This document shows, piece after piece, positions 18,289 through 27,869 of a DNA stretch of 64,000 nucleotides; the first letter of the stretch is position 1; the number at the start of each line of letters is the position of its first letter. The position numbers and the translations under genes were made by a program. The notes under the pieces were generated by a model that did not search any database, was not told where the DNA came from, and saw only the letters and a list, made by a program, of their open reading frames with translations. The stretch lies in the sequence record DRR378314_778. One strand, given 5' to 3'.

Positions 18289-19743
18289 ATGATGAAAAAC
18301 GTTGATCTTTTAATTAATGGCTCCACTCAGGAAGCAGCAGGCGGCGCGTTTTTTGAACGTCAAAATCCCATTACTGGTGAGGTTGCAAGCCGGGCCGCGG
18401 CTGCTACAGTCGAAGACGCGTTAAAAGCTGCCGACGCGGCAGCCATGGCCTTTCCCGAATGGGCAAAAACATCTCCGAAAGGACGCCGGGAAGTGTTGTT
18501 AAATGCTGCAGAGGCTTTGAAGTCCAGGTCGGATAGGATTGTCGAGGCTATGGCAGATGAAATTGGCGCGACAACAGCCTGGGCCATGTTTAATGTGGGA
18601 TTGGCAACGGATATGTTGGTAGAAGCGGCGGCTATGACAACCCAGATATCGGGAGAGCTTATTCCGTCCAACCGACCGGGAAGCCTAGCAATGGCGGTTC
18701 GCCAGCCGGTTGGGGTGGTTCTTTCAATCGCCCCCTGGAATGCACCGGTTATTCTTGGAGTGAGATCAATTGCCATGCCGCTAGCTTGCGGAAATAGCGT
18801 AGTGATGAAAACCTCTGAAATCTGTCCAAATACGCATATGCAGATCCTGGAGGCCCTGACGGAAGGTGGACTTCCTAAAGGTGTTTTGAACGGCATTTCC
18901 AACGCACCGGAGACAGCTTCAGAAATTGTTGAGGCGCTGATTGCCCACCGGGCTGTCCGGCGGATCAATTTCACCGGCTCAACACGGATTGGGAAGCTCA
19001 TAGCGGAAACCGCGGGTCGTCACTTGAAACCTGCATTGTTGGAGCTTGGGGGTAAGGCACCGGCGGTTATTCTAAACGATGCAGATCTTGATCATGCTGT
19101 TGCTGCAGTTGCTTTCGGCGCCTATATGAATCAGGGTCAGATTTGTATGTCGACCGAGCGGGTGATTGTGGATGAGGCTGTTGCGGATCCATTCGTGGAA
19201 AAACTGACTGAAAAGGTTCGCACCCTAAAGGCTGGTGATCCACGGGAGGGGAAAACGCCCCTTGGATCTGTAGTTGATAAAACTGCCGCACAAAGGATCC
19301 AGGAGCTTATCTCGGACGCTGTCGACAAAGGAGCCGTTTTACTCGCTGGCGGTGTTGTCGATGGGACCATTATTGGCGCGACCTTACTGGATCGGGTATC
19401 GCCGTCCATGAGGATCTATCGTGAGGAAACTTTTGGACCGGTCGCTTGTATTTACAGGGCTGGTAGTGTTGATGAGGCTGTTCGTATCGCCAATGATACG
19501 GAATATGGTCTTTCTGCCTCTGTCTTTGGACAAAATACCATGCGGGCGATGTCCGTGGCTCAGAGGATCGAAAGCGGCATTTGTCACATCAATGGTCCCA
19601 CAGTGCATGATGAGGCCCAAATGCCATTTGGTGGAATGAAAGAGTCTGGTTATGGCCGGTTCGGCGGTAAAGCCGGGATTGATCAGTTTACGGAACTTCG
19701 GTGGATGACCATTCAGGATGGTCCGCTCCAATTTCCGATCTGA
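18289..19743 (+). CDS. Aromatic aldehyde dehydrogenase (vanillin/salicylaldehyde dehydrogenase-like)
   Basis: APWNAPVILGVR, FTGST, LELGGK, NQGQICMSTER, HINGPTVHDEAQMPFGG. Confidence 0.85.
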   Translation: MMKNVDLLINGSTQEAAGGAFFERQNPITGEVASRAAAATVEDALKAADAAAMAFPEWAKTSPKGRREVLLNAAEALKSRSDRIVEAMADEIGATTAWAMFNVGLATDMLVEAAAMTTQISGELIPSNRPGSLAMAVRQPVGVVLSIAPWNAPVILGVRSIAMPLACGNSVVMKTSEICPNTHMQILEALTEGGLPKGVLNGISNAPETASEIVEALIAHRAVRRINFTGSTRIGKLIAETAGRHLKPALLELGGKAPAVILNDADLDHAVAAVAFGAYMNQGQICMSTERVIVDEAVADPFVEKLTEKVRTLKAGDPREGKTPLGSVVDKTAAQRIQELISDAVDKGAVLLAGGVVDGTIIGATLLDRVSPSMRIYREETFGPVACIYRAGSVDEAVRIANDTEYGLSASVFGQNTMRAMSVAQRIESGICHINGPTVHDEAQMPFGGMKESGYGRFGGKAGIDQFTELRWMTIQDGPLQFPI

Positions 19744-19901
19744 CTGTTTTCAGAAAACTAAGGTCACAATTCCAAAAGCCATTACGCCAGTGAAAACTGG
19801 CCAGCCTAAGGACTGTTTAAACCACCAGTTGCCAGAACGCCAATAGCTGTCGAGATCCAAGCAACTGTGGTCAGTGAATAGGGAATTAGGGAGACACCAA
19901 A

Positions 19902-20047
19902 CAATTCTATGAGCGACTCATAAAAGCCGGCAAGCCACCGAAACTTGCATTTACAGCAATCATGCGGAAGCTAATCTTACTTGCAAACACGCTTGTAAAA
20001 CAGAACCGAGAATGGACACCAAAAAGAACTTGATTAAGACGGATACT
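19902..20047 (+). pseudogene. IS110-family transposase C-terminal remnant plus element end
   Basis: Manual translation QFYERLIKAGKPPKLAFTAIMRKLILLANTLVKQNREW..* resembles the IS110 tail; followed by AAGACGGATACT. Confidence 0.75.
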
Positions 20048-20223
20048 ATTCAGTCCCTGTACGGACTTTACGAGCTCTCTTGGAACACTGTTCAGATGTT
20101 TGTTGCGTGTCCCAAACCAGTGCTTCATGTTTTCGGATCTCCGCCGACCAGCATATGCAGGGCGCGATAGCAGCGGACAAAGAGAAGAGCCAGCTCCCCA
20201 GCCTTGGTTGCAGGATCAATACC

Positions 20224-20355
20224 GCGATTGAGTGTCTTAAGGCCGCTCTAGAAACGCGCAAAGCATCGCCAGCTAGTCTAGCGAACGCAGCGGAAAATTA
20301 TGGCGCTGGCAAACTGATGCGCCCCTATCTGGAGGCGCTGACATCCAATGGCTAA
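20224..20355 (+). pseudogene. AbiEi-like (type IV TA antitoxin) C-terminal remnant
   Basis: AIECLKAALETRKASP...MRPYLEAL, overlapping the AbiEii-like start. Confidence 0.7.
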
Positions 20356-20510
20356 ACAGCCGACAGATATAGCTGCATCGGTTCGGCAGCGCTTGCTGAA
20401 CCTAGCGCGCGAAGAGCAGCGTGTTTTTGAAGTCGTTCTCGTCGCTTTCGGTTTGGAGAGATTGATCTATCGCCTCTCCGTTTCTGATTACCGGGAGCGG
20501 TTTGTTTTTT
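20348..20510 (+). pseudogene. AbiEii-like nucleotidyltransferase toxin, N-terminal remnant
   Basis: AASVRQRLLNLAR..LERLIYRLSVS.YRERFV; breaks off just before the expected LKGG motif. Confidence 0.8.
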
Positions 20511-20528
20511 TAAGACAAGTCCAAAGTG

Positions 20529-20689
20529 ATCTTCAACATCTCGATAGCTCAGTGTAAATCGGGTGTAAAGCCAGACAGCATGTTGAATTAGTAGAGGTGG
20601 AAAGCGATGCCGGGAATAGGAGATCTTTTGCATCAAACGAGATTAGATCATCACAAATTTTCTCGCGGCTGAGTTAATGTGACAACGCC
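20529..20689 (-). mobile_element. IS6-family left end and transposase N-terminal remnant
   Basis: ISYSRHRFPPLLIQHAVWLYTRFTLSYRDVED; IR-like GGCGTTGTCACATTAA at 20689-20674. Confidence 0.8.
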
Positions 20690-21240
20690 ATCTCCACAAG
20701 CCAAATGGCTGCGGCTTTTGCATCTTGGGCGGGATTGTCCGTATTTCCAAGATGAGCAGATACAATTGCGCCCTCTTTTAAAAGTAGTAATTGTCGCGCA
20801 AGACCTACAGGGTTCGCAAATCCAGCTTTCTTTGCCAGTTCTACCATATGTCTCTCAAGCATACGTTTGTGATCGGCTGACTGTTGATGAATAGGGTGGC
20901 TGGTGTCCTGATATTCAGATGACGCCTTTACAAACATGCATCCCTTAAACCCGGCCTCATCAAACCATTCTTCCAACGCATCAAACATGGCGATCAATTG
21001 TTGCTTCGGTGTAACGGCCAACTCTTCCATGCGGCGTATCAGCCAGTTCCGGAACTGTTCATCCCGCAGACGCAGTACGGCAATAATCAAATCCTCTTTG
21101 GTTCGAAAATGCTTATACATTGACGTCTTCGAAATTCCAGTCTGACCAACAAGCATGTCCATGCCAGTCGCATGAAATCCATTTCGATAAAACACTTCCA
21201 GCGCCTTTTGAACGAGTTCGTTTCGCTTACTTGGTCTCAT
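20674..21240 (-). CDS. TetR/AcrR family regulator (NemR/ComR-like, GCMF motif)
   Basis: FYRNGFHATGMD..GISKTSMYKHFRTKEDL; GCMFVKA. Confidence 0.92.
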   Translation of the reverse strand: MRPSKRNELVQKALEVFYRNGFHATGMDMLVGQTGISKTSMYKHFRTKEDLIIAVLRLRDEQFRNWLIRRMEELAVTPKQQLIAMFDALEEWFDEAGFKGCMFVKASSEYQDTSHPIHQQSADHKRMLERHMVELAKKAGFANPVGLARQLLLLKEGAIVSAHLGNTDNPAQDAKAAAIWLVEMALSH

Positions 21241-21256
21241 TTAATGCTCCAATATT

Positions 21257-21437
21257 TACTGATCTGTACATATATGGTTTTGGATGTAATAGCTAGAACA
21301 TAATTTTTTATCTTTTAAAATCAGCGATTTATTTATCTTTATTAGCAGCTTCAAAGCCTAATCCCAAAAATACTGCTTGACTAAGAGTACTGAACAGTAC
21401 ACTTATAGAAACGCAACATGTACCGATCAGTAAATGT
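21257..21437. promoter_or_regulatory. Three putative TetR operators
   Basis: TACTGATCTGTA 21257-21268, GTACTGAACAGTAC 21387-21400 (right after TTGACT), TACCGATCAGTA 21421-21432. Confidence 0.7.
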
Positions 21438-21473
21438 GCAATGATTTACACTAGAACTAGGATGGAGATTAAA

Positions 21474-21716
21474 ATGAAGACCCGATTGAAATTCACTTTT
21501 GGAAAAGAAATCCGTGCCCGTATTTTTACTCCTGCAACCTTAGCCCAAAATGCTGTTTCAACTGCCAATGACAGGGCTCATGCAGAGGGTAGTAACATAC
21601 CTGGTCCTAGCTTTGACGGATATGAACCCGTCATGATTAATTTTGGCATGATCGCAAGCCATGTTGCCGACACCCAGACTACCGTCGCCGCAATCAAGGC
21701 CGCAGCGATTAAATAG
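21474..21716 (+). CDS. Hypothetical 80-aa protein
   Basis: GGAG RBS before ATG 21474; first ORF after operators; no recognised motif. Confidence 0.5.
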   Translation: MKTRLKFTFGKEIRARIFTPATLAQNAVSTANDRAHAEGSNIPGPSFDGYEPVMINFGMIASHVADTQTTVAAIKAAAIK

Positions 21717-21835
21717 TCCCTTTTCTGCGCCGTTTAGTCTCCCTCTAGTTCCGGCGCAAATATCTCCGATTATCCAGGTTCCCCTTCTGGTGGTCGGAGA
21801 CACCCCTTAACCCTTTTATCTAAAGGAATAATTCC

Positions 21836-22402
21836 ATGACACAGTTCACCACACACACAATTGACACGGCCCCCGAAGCGTCAAAACCGCTTTTACAGGT
21901 CGCCAAACACACCTATTCTTTCGTGCCAAACCTGCTCGGCACCATGGCCAGCGCCCCCTCGCTTCTTGAAGGCTATATGGCTCTAGCTGGCATTTTTGAC
22001 ACAACAGCCCTGTCCGAGGCCGAACGTCAAATAATACTAATGACAAACAATCGCCTGAATGACTGCACCTATTGTATGGCCGCTCACACGACTATTTCTC
22101 AAATGGCTGGCGTTCCAGCGGACGTTATTGAGGGGTTGCGAAACAATACACCACTTGCCAACCCCAAGCTTGAAGCACTGCGTATATTTGCCGCCATCGT
22201 GAATGAAAAACGTGGGTGGCCCTCCGAAAGTGAGATCGAGCAATTTCTCACTGCAGGTTATACCAAGCAAACCGTTCTAGAGGTTATCCTTGGTACCAGC
22301 CTTAAAGTCATGTCGAATTACACCAATCATATCGCACAAACAGAATTGGACGATGCCTTCACTCCGAATAAATGGACTGATAGCCGTAAAAATGCTGCCT
22401 AA
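21836..22402 (+). CDS. Carboxymuconolactone decarboxylase / AhpD-like protein
   Basis: FVPNL, N.CTYCMAAH, KVMSNYTNH; AAGGA RBS. Confidence 0.88.
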   Translation: MTQFTTHTIDTAPEASKPLLQVAKHTYSFVPNLLGTMASAPSLLEGYMALAGIFDTTALSEAERQIILMTNNRLNDCTYCMAAHTTISQMAGVPADVIEGLRNNTPLANPKLEALRIFAAIVNEKRGWPSESEIEQFLTAGYTKQTVLEVILGTSLKVMSNYTNHIAQTELDDAFTPNKWTDSRKNAA

Positions 22403-22410
22403 ACCAGAGC

Positions 22411-22436
22411 CAGGATCCGCCGCCGTGCGGATCCTG
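22411..22436 (+). other. Intra-operon hairpin
   Basis: 10-bp perfect stem CAGGATCCGC / GCGGATCCTG, no U-tract. Confidence 0.55.
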
Positions 22437-22474
22437 ATCAACACACCCCACCCTTAAAACTGTTGGAGACCCCC

Positions 22475-22939
22475 ATGACCCGACCCCCACTACCCCCCTT
22501 CACCGAAGAGACTGCACATCAGAAAGTTCGAGCGGCTGAAGATGGCTGGAACACACGTGACCCAGCTAAAATCGCAGCCGCATACACCGAAGATAGCCAA
22601 TGGCGAAATCGATCAGAATTTGTCACCGGGCGTGCTGAGATTGAGGCATTGCTAGTCCGCAAATGGCAACGTGAACTGGACTACAGATTGATCAAAGAGC
22701 TTTGGGCATTTACCGGAAATCGCATTGCTGTCCGGTTTGCTTATGAGTGGCGTGATCACAAAAACAATTGGTTTCGGTCCTATGGCAATGAAAATTGGGA
22801 ATTTCGAACCGATGGACTTATGCAGCGCCGAATAGCCAGTATCAATGATTTGCTAATTAGCGAGTCTGATCGAAAATTTTTCTGGCCTCTTGGGCGTAGA
22901 CCTGATCATCACGCCGGTCTTTCGGCTCTTGGTTTGTAA
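22475..22939 (+). CDS. DUF1348 (SnoaL/NTF2-like) protein
   Basis: [39 protein letters not shown]. Confidence 0.92.
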   Translation: MTRPPLPPFTEETAHQKVRAAEDGWNTRDPAKIAAAYTEDSQWRNRSEFVTGRAEIEALLVRKWQRELDYRLIKELWAFTGNRIAVRFAYEWRDHKNNWFRSYGNENWEFRTDGLMQRRIASINDLLISESDRKFFWPLGRRPDHHAGLSALGL

Positions 22940-23106
22940 GGGGATTATAGACGAGAATACGCGAGTGAGGTTTAAGGTCTGCATAATACATAGCTAAAAA
23001 TGATGGTTTCAAACTCCCGCAATCAAATAATGATCTCAATATCAATACACTACAAAAACGCCTCGGACCAAAAAATCCGAGGCTTTTGTTGTCCTTCATT
23101 ACATTC

Positions 23107-23772
23107 CTAGGAAGAGGCCAGTTTCAGGACCAGCTCCTCTGCCGCTTTGTGGGCGTTTGCAACAGAGTCTCTATGCCGATCGTCATTAAACTCCTGATAT
23201 TCTGAATTGATCTCGTAGAATGTTTCAACCCCCAAATAATGGCTCAAAGTCTTTACGTGAGGGCCTAAGTGGTTCATTTTTTCGCGGATACCACCAATTC
23301 CGAAACCAAACTCACCACTAGAAGTTATCAACACTAGTGTTTTGCCCGACATAATAGGTTCTAGAGGAAAATCCCCACGAGCTAAATCAAAGGAGAATGT
23401 TTTGTGGATGCGGATCACTTGATCAAACCAGGCCTTCAACGCAGCAGGCATACCATAATTGTACATGGAGGATGACATGACAATGATGTTAGCCTGTTCT
23501 ACTTCACTGATTAATGTATCTGATAAGGAAAGCAAGTCTTTCTGGTCGTCAGTTCTGGCGTTTTCTGGCGTAAAAACAGCAGAAATCCAGTCTTGACTGA
23601 TAAAGTCAGGGGGGGTGACACCCACATCTCTATAGATGATTTTATCTTCATTGTTAATTGTGCGCCATTTATTTATAAATGTGGCAGCGATTGATTTTGA
23701 TATTGAGTTATATGCTGGTATTGAATTGGTTGTTTTTCTTGCGCTAGCATCAATATAAAGCAAATTTTTCAT
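23107..23772 (-). CDS. azoR: FMN-dependent NADH-azoreductase
   Basis: LLYIDASAR, MYNYGMPAALKAWFDQV. Confidence 0.85.
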   Translation of the reverse strand: MKNLLYIDASARKTTNSIPAYNSISKSIAATFINKWRTINNEDKIIYRDVGVTPPDFISQDWISAVFTPENARTDDQKDLLSLSDTLISEVEQANIIVMSSSMYNYGMPAALKAWFDQVIRIHKTFSFDLARGDFPLEPIMSGKTLVLITSSGEFGFGIGGIREKMNHLGPHVKTLSHYLGVETFYEINSEYQEFNDDRHRDSVANAHKAAEELVLKLASS

Positions 23773-23892
23773 CTTATATCCTTTCAAGAAATCAGTTGAT
23801 CATTGAAAGAAATATGGTAGTTGGAAGGGTGTTTGACGAATGATGGATTCTCAATTATAGATGATATTTAATCATCTATTGTGAGGTGCTTA

Positions 23893-24795
23893 ATGTATTC
23901 GAAGCTACCATCGCTAAATGTTCTAAGAACTTTTGATGCTGCTGCAAGACTGAAAAGTTTCAAAAAGGCAGCTGAAGAGTTGCATGTGACACCAACGGCG
24001 GTCTCTCACCAAATCAAGGCATTGGAGGAGGGACTGGGGACTCGTTTGTTTGAGCGCCAGACCCGGGCTGTCAAGCTCACCAGAGACGGAGAATTACTTT
24101 CAGATACGACTTTTAACGTCTTTCGGCAGCTAAGCGACACCGTCAACGATATCGTTGGCTCGAAAGAGATGCTGACGATTAGTACAACATCTTCTTTTGC
24201 CTCCATGTGGTTGGTGCCAAACCTCGATAAGTTTTACAAGGCAAATCCTGGTATTGATGTTTCCATTCAAACTGGAGAGCAGAAAATTGATGTTATGCGG
24301 GACCGTCGCATTGATCTTGCGATCAGCTATGGGCAGTACGATCCCGCGGAACCTCACGCTTCAAAACTAGTCACTGAAAAATTTGGAATGTACGCGACGC
24401 CGACATATCTTGCTAAAATCACGAACCTAAATGATGCTCAACTTCTAGAAACAGAGTGGGTGAATAAATCATTGCCATCTATTGCCTGGGAAACGCTTAT
24501 CAATCAATACGGACACCCGGAAATTCAACCTGACTACACTGTAAGGCGGTTCGACCAAGAACATCACGTCATTCAAGCCGCTCTGGCAGGTCAGGGTATT
24601 GCCCTTGTAAGTTCTATTCTGGTCAGAAACGCTCTGAAAGAACAATGGCTTGTTCCGTTCTCCAGCAATTTCTTGCAGGATGAAATTATAGGTTTAACAT
24701 ATTACCTTGTCGTGCCCCCCCACAATCAACGCAACAAAAACGTCGTGGCTCTTACTAAATGGTTGTCTTCAGAAATTCAGAAGAGCCTCTCCTGA
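23893..24795 (+). CDS. LysR family regulator (GcvA-like)
   Basis: LPSLNVLRTFDAAARLKSFKKAAEELHVTPTAVSHQIKALE. Confidence 0.93.
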   Translation: MYSKLPSLNVLRTFDAAARLKSFKKAAEELHVTPTAVSHQIKALEEGLGTRLFERQTRAVKLTRDGELLSDTTFNVFRQLSDTVNDIVGSKEMLTISTTSSFASMWLVPNLDKFYKANPGIDVSIQTGEQKIDVMRDRRIDLAISYGQYDPAEPHASKLVTEKFGMYATPTYLAKITNLNDAQLLETEWVNKSLPSIAWETLINQYGHPEIQPDYTVRRFDQEHHVIQAALAGQGIALVSSILVRNALKEQWLVPFSSNFLQDEIIGLTYYLVVPPHNQRNKNVVALTKWLSSEIQKSLS

Positions 24796-25206
24796 TCGAT
24801 GTTTGGGATTTTTGAGATGAGCCTGATTGCTCGGGGAACATTTGAGAAATGATAGTCGGTATTTCTACTTGGGGTCGCCAGTGTTGCAAAATCCTAACCG
24901 CTGAAAATGACAACATATAGCTAACTATTTGTCTGTTTTTGGGACAAAGCAGACCGGTTCTTTTTTGTGAGTAATTCCATATTTGAAAGTTTTGCAGAAG
25001 TAAAAGGCAGTTTACTGGCCTATTTGACTGATATCGTTCGGGGTTGGAAAGCCTTTGAAACCGCTTTATTACCCAGAATATAAATTAATCAATAGCTTAG
25101 ACTCGAACTTCAAAGCACCCTCAAACGACTAAATTTGCCAAATCTTTTCAAAAACAGGGGTCATGGATTTACTCAGGATAAAGCCCCCTTTGTTGAGTTC
25201 GTCAGT

Positions 25207-25593
25207 TTATAAGTTGAGAACTGTGCCGTTTAGAATAAGGGTCGCTGTCGCCGGGTTGCAGGCGAGAGGAATATTATAGAGTGTGGACAGACGGACCAGT
25301 GCTTTGACATCTACGTCATGAGGTTGCGCGGTTAACGGATCCTGAAAAAAGATCAGCATGTCCAGTTTTTCTTCGCATATCATAGCGCCCAGCTGCTGGT
25401 CTCCGCCCAATGGTCCAGATTTTAATTTTGTAATTTTGAGTTCTTTATGGGCCGCCGTCAATATTTTCCAAGTGGTACCCGTTGCATAAAATTCATGGGT
25501 TTTTAGTGCATTTTTATGTTGGGCAACCCAATCAGATAAAGCCTGCTTTTGAGCGTCATGGGCGACAAGTCCGATATTGAGTTTCATCATCAT
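25207..25593 (-). CDS. mgsA: Methylglyoxal synthase
   Basis: LVAHD, ATGTT, SGPLGGDQQLG, DPL..QPHDVDVKAL.R, ACNPATA. Confidence 0.93.
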   Translation of the reverse strand: MMMKLNIGLVAHDAQKQALSDWVAQHKNALKTHEFYATGTTWKILTAAHKELKITKLKSGPLGGDQQLGAMICEEKLDMLIFFQDPLTAQPHDVDVKALVRLSTLYNIPLACNPATATLILNGTVLNL

Positions 25594-25607
25594 CTCTAGG
25601 ATGCGCC

Positions 25608-25898
25608 CTATGGTTCAAGCCGATTGAAAAACTGAACTTTTTTATCGACAACCCAAGGCGATACCATCTGGTCAAAAGCAAGAAAATGGGGTGAGTGCAA
25701 ATGGAGGTCAAATGCGTCCATGTCTGAATACAGCTCGTATAAAAGGAAATGTACGGGAGTATCCGAAAGTTGACACACATCAAAATAGTGGCAGCCTTCT
25801 TCTTGCGCCAAACTGCGCCTCGCCTGCTCGATCATGGCATCGTGAAACTGACTGACTTTCTCAGGCATTATCTTAAATTCAACGACAACAGCTAACAT
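25608..25898 (-). CDS. ABM-domain protein (putative quinol monooxygenase / LsrG-like)
   Basis: EEGC..FDV, FLLYELY, AFDLHLHSPHF. Confidence 0.85.
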   Translation of the reverse strand: MLAVVVEFKIMPEKVSQFHDAMIEQARRSLAQEEGCHYFDVCQLSDTPVHFLLYELYSDMDAFDLHLHSPHFLAFDQMVSPWVVDKKVQFFNRLEP

Positions 25899-25906
25899 TG
25901 GAGTTC

Positions 25907-26581
25907 CTATTTTTCGGATGGGGTATTGAATTGTTTTGCGGTGCCATAACCTTTATTGAATTTTACTAGCGCTTCTTCCATTTCATCTTTGGATAGCTCA
26001 ACAGCACCTCCAACCATCAATGTCCGCCAGTAAACTTCACACAAAGTTTCAACTTCTTCTGCCATGGATAATGCCTGGGCAAGTGAGCCGCCAACTGCAA
26101 TCTGACCATGATTTGCCAGCAAACATGCTTTACGGTCCTTCAAGGCCTCGACCGCCACATTGGATAGCTCTTGAGTTGCGAAAGTCCTGTATGGCGCGCA
26201 GCGGATATTGTCGCCACCCACAACACCGATCATATAGTGGATCGGTGGAACGTCCTTGTTCATACAGGAAATTGTCATGACTGCCTTGCCATGAGTATGG
26301 ACAATCGCGTCGACATCACTTCTGACTTTATAGATATCTTCGTGAAAGCGCCACTCGCTTGAGGGTTTTCTAAGCCCGTTCAGGCTATTGGCGGGACCAT
26401 CAAATTGTTTCAGCACGATATCTTCGATGGAAATATCTTCGTAAGGAATGCCCGAGGGCGTAATTAAATACCCGTTTTCCATACGGACCGATGCATTACC
26501 GGACGTGCCCTGATTTATCCCTTTGGCGTTCATGGCGCACACAGTTTCAATAAGTCTACGTCGTAATGAATTATTGGTCAT
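25907..26581 (-). CDS. Class II aldolase/adducin family, FucA-like
   Basis: NQGTSGNASVR, ITPSG, KPSSEWRFH, VHTH, IHYMIG, LLANHG. Confidence 0.88.
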   Translation of the reverse strand: MTNNSLRRRLIETVCAMNAKGINQGTSGNASVRMENGYLITPSGIPYEDISIEDIVLKQFDGPANSLNGLRKPSSEWRFHEDIYKVRSDVDAIVHTHGKAVMTISCMNKDVPPIHYMIGVVGGDNIRCAPYRTFATQELSNVAVEALKDRKACLLANHGQIAVGGSLAQALSMAEEVETLCEVYWRTLMVGGAVELSKDEMEEALVKFNKGYGTAKQFNTPSEK

Positions 26582-26594
26582 AGCTCCCCTCAAT

Positions 26595-27866
26595 TTACAG
26601 GCTGTTTAACTGTGAAAATGCTCTGATGAAGAAATCTGCGGCACCAAAATTTCCAGACTTCAAAGCAAGTGCCTTGGGCTTTTTCTCTTGAGAAACTGTC
26701 CAAGGGACGCCGGGGTCAATTTGAGGGCCAATTTGAAGTGCTTTGACATTAAGGGCGTTAATTACAGCTCCGGAAGTCTCGCCGCCAGCGACAACTAGGC
26801 GATTAAAATTTTGATCACTCAACGCCAGAGCAATCTCTCCCATGGTTTTTTCGATGAGCGTTCCCATTTCTATCTTACCAAGCGCTGATTGGGCCTGCCC
26901 AACTTCTGTTGTGGCGGCAGAAGAGTATATTAAAACAGGCTTTGTAGGGTCTCCTTGGCGAATGGCAAAATTGATTGCTTCTTCAGCGACGGGTTTCCCA
27001 GCCGCAATATCAGTCGCATTTATTTTAAAATGGGGAACTTCATTTTGGGCATATGCAACCTGTTTCAGTGTTTGTTCTGAACAGCTGCCAGACAGAATAA
27101 CGCTACGCCCGGTTGGGGGGTGAAAATCTTCTTGGGCCGGCCGCATTTTCAGCAAACCCTTGGACATGAAGTTCGCCGGAATTCCCTGTGCAACGGCAGA
27201 GCCACCGGTAATCAGACGGATGTTCTCGCAGGCCGTTCCAAGATACTGTAAATGATCATCTGTTACAGCGTCCGGGATAAAGATGGTGGGTGTACCCTTG
27301 CTCACTTGCGCGAAGGCTGTACTGATCGCCCGGTGCCCTTTATCAACAACTTCAAAGTAAATATTTTTAATTTTTGACCGACTCTGCGTGGATAGAACAC
27401 GGGACAGATTTGAATCAGTCATCGGGGTCAGTGGATGTGTCCGAAGTGAGGACTCAGATAGAGGCTGATCGTGAACAAACAGATTGCCTTGATAGACTGT
27501 TCTGCCATTTTCGGGAAATGCGGGGCAAGCGATTGTAAACTGACAATTGAGTTCCTGCATCAGCGCATCAGTTACTGGACCGATATTCCCCTCTGCAGTG
27601 GAGTCGAATGTGGAACAGTATTTGAAGAAAAACTGTTTCGCTCCGGCTTTTTGAAGCCAGTAACAACAGTCTAAGGATTGACGAACTGCGTCTTTGGCGG
27701 GAATTGTTCGTGATTTAAGTGCAATGACAACAGCATCTACGTCAGGTACCGCTGTTGTATGGTCCGGGACTCCAACAATTTGTACAGTGCGCATTCCTTC
27801 CCGAACAAGGATCATTGCAAGGTCTGTTGCCCCGGTTAAGTCATCTGCAATACAGCCAAGTAACAT
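26595..27866 (-). CDS. otnK: Four-carbon acid sugar kinase (DUF1537), OtnK-like
   Basis: LGCIADDLTGATD, KYCSTFDST..GNIG, HPLTPMTD, SGSCS, AGGETSG, LKSGNFG. Confidence 0.88.
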   Translation of the reverse strand: MLLGCIADDLTGATDLAMILVREGMRTVQIVGVPDHTTAVPDVDAVVIALKSRTIPAKDAVRQSLDCCYWLQKAGAKQFFFKYCSTFDSTAEGNIGPVTDALMQELNCQFTIACPAFPENGRTVYQGNLFVHDQPLSESSLRTHPLTPMTDSNLSRVLSTQSRSKIKNIYFEVVDKGHRAISTAFAQVSKGTPTIFIPDAVTDDHLQYLGTACENIRLITGGSAVAQGIPANFMSKGLLKMRPAQEDFHPPTGRSVILSGSCSEQTLKQVAYAQNEVPHFKINATDIAAGKPVAEEAINFAIRQGDPTKPVLIYSSAATTEVGQAQSALGKIEMGTLIEKTMGEIALALSDQNFNRLVVAGGETSGAVINALNVKALQIGPQIDPGVPWTVSQEKKPKALALKSGNFGAADFFIRAFSQLNSL

Positions 27867-27869
27867 GGG

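Noticed and set aside
18360-19001. 213-aa antisense ORF (and similar shadow ORFs throughout)
   Set aside because: Antisense to a well-supported gene; expected from codon bias
20224-20510. Active AbiE defence system
   Set aside because: Both genes are short fragments; toxin catalytic motif missing
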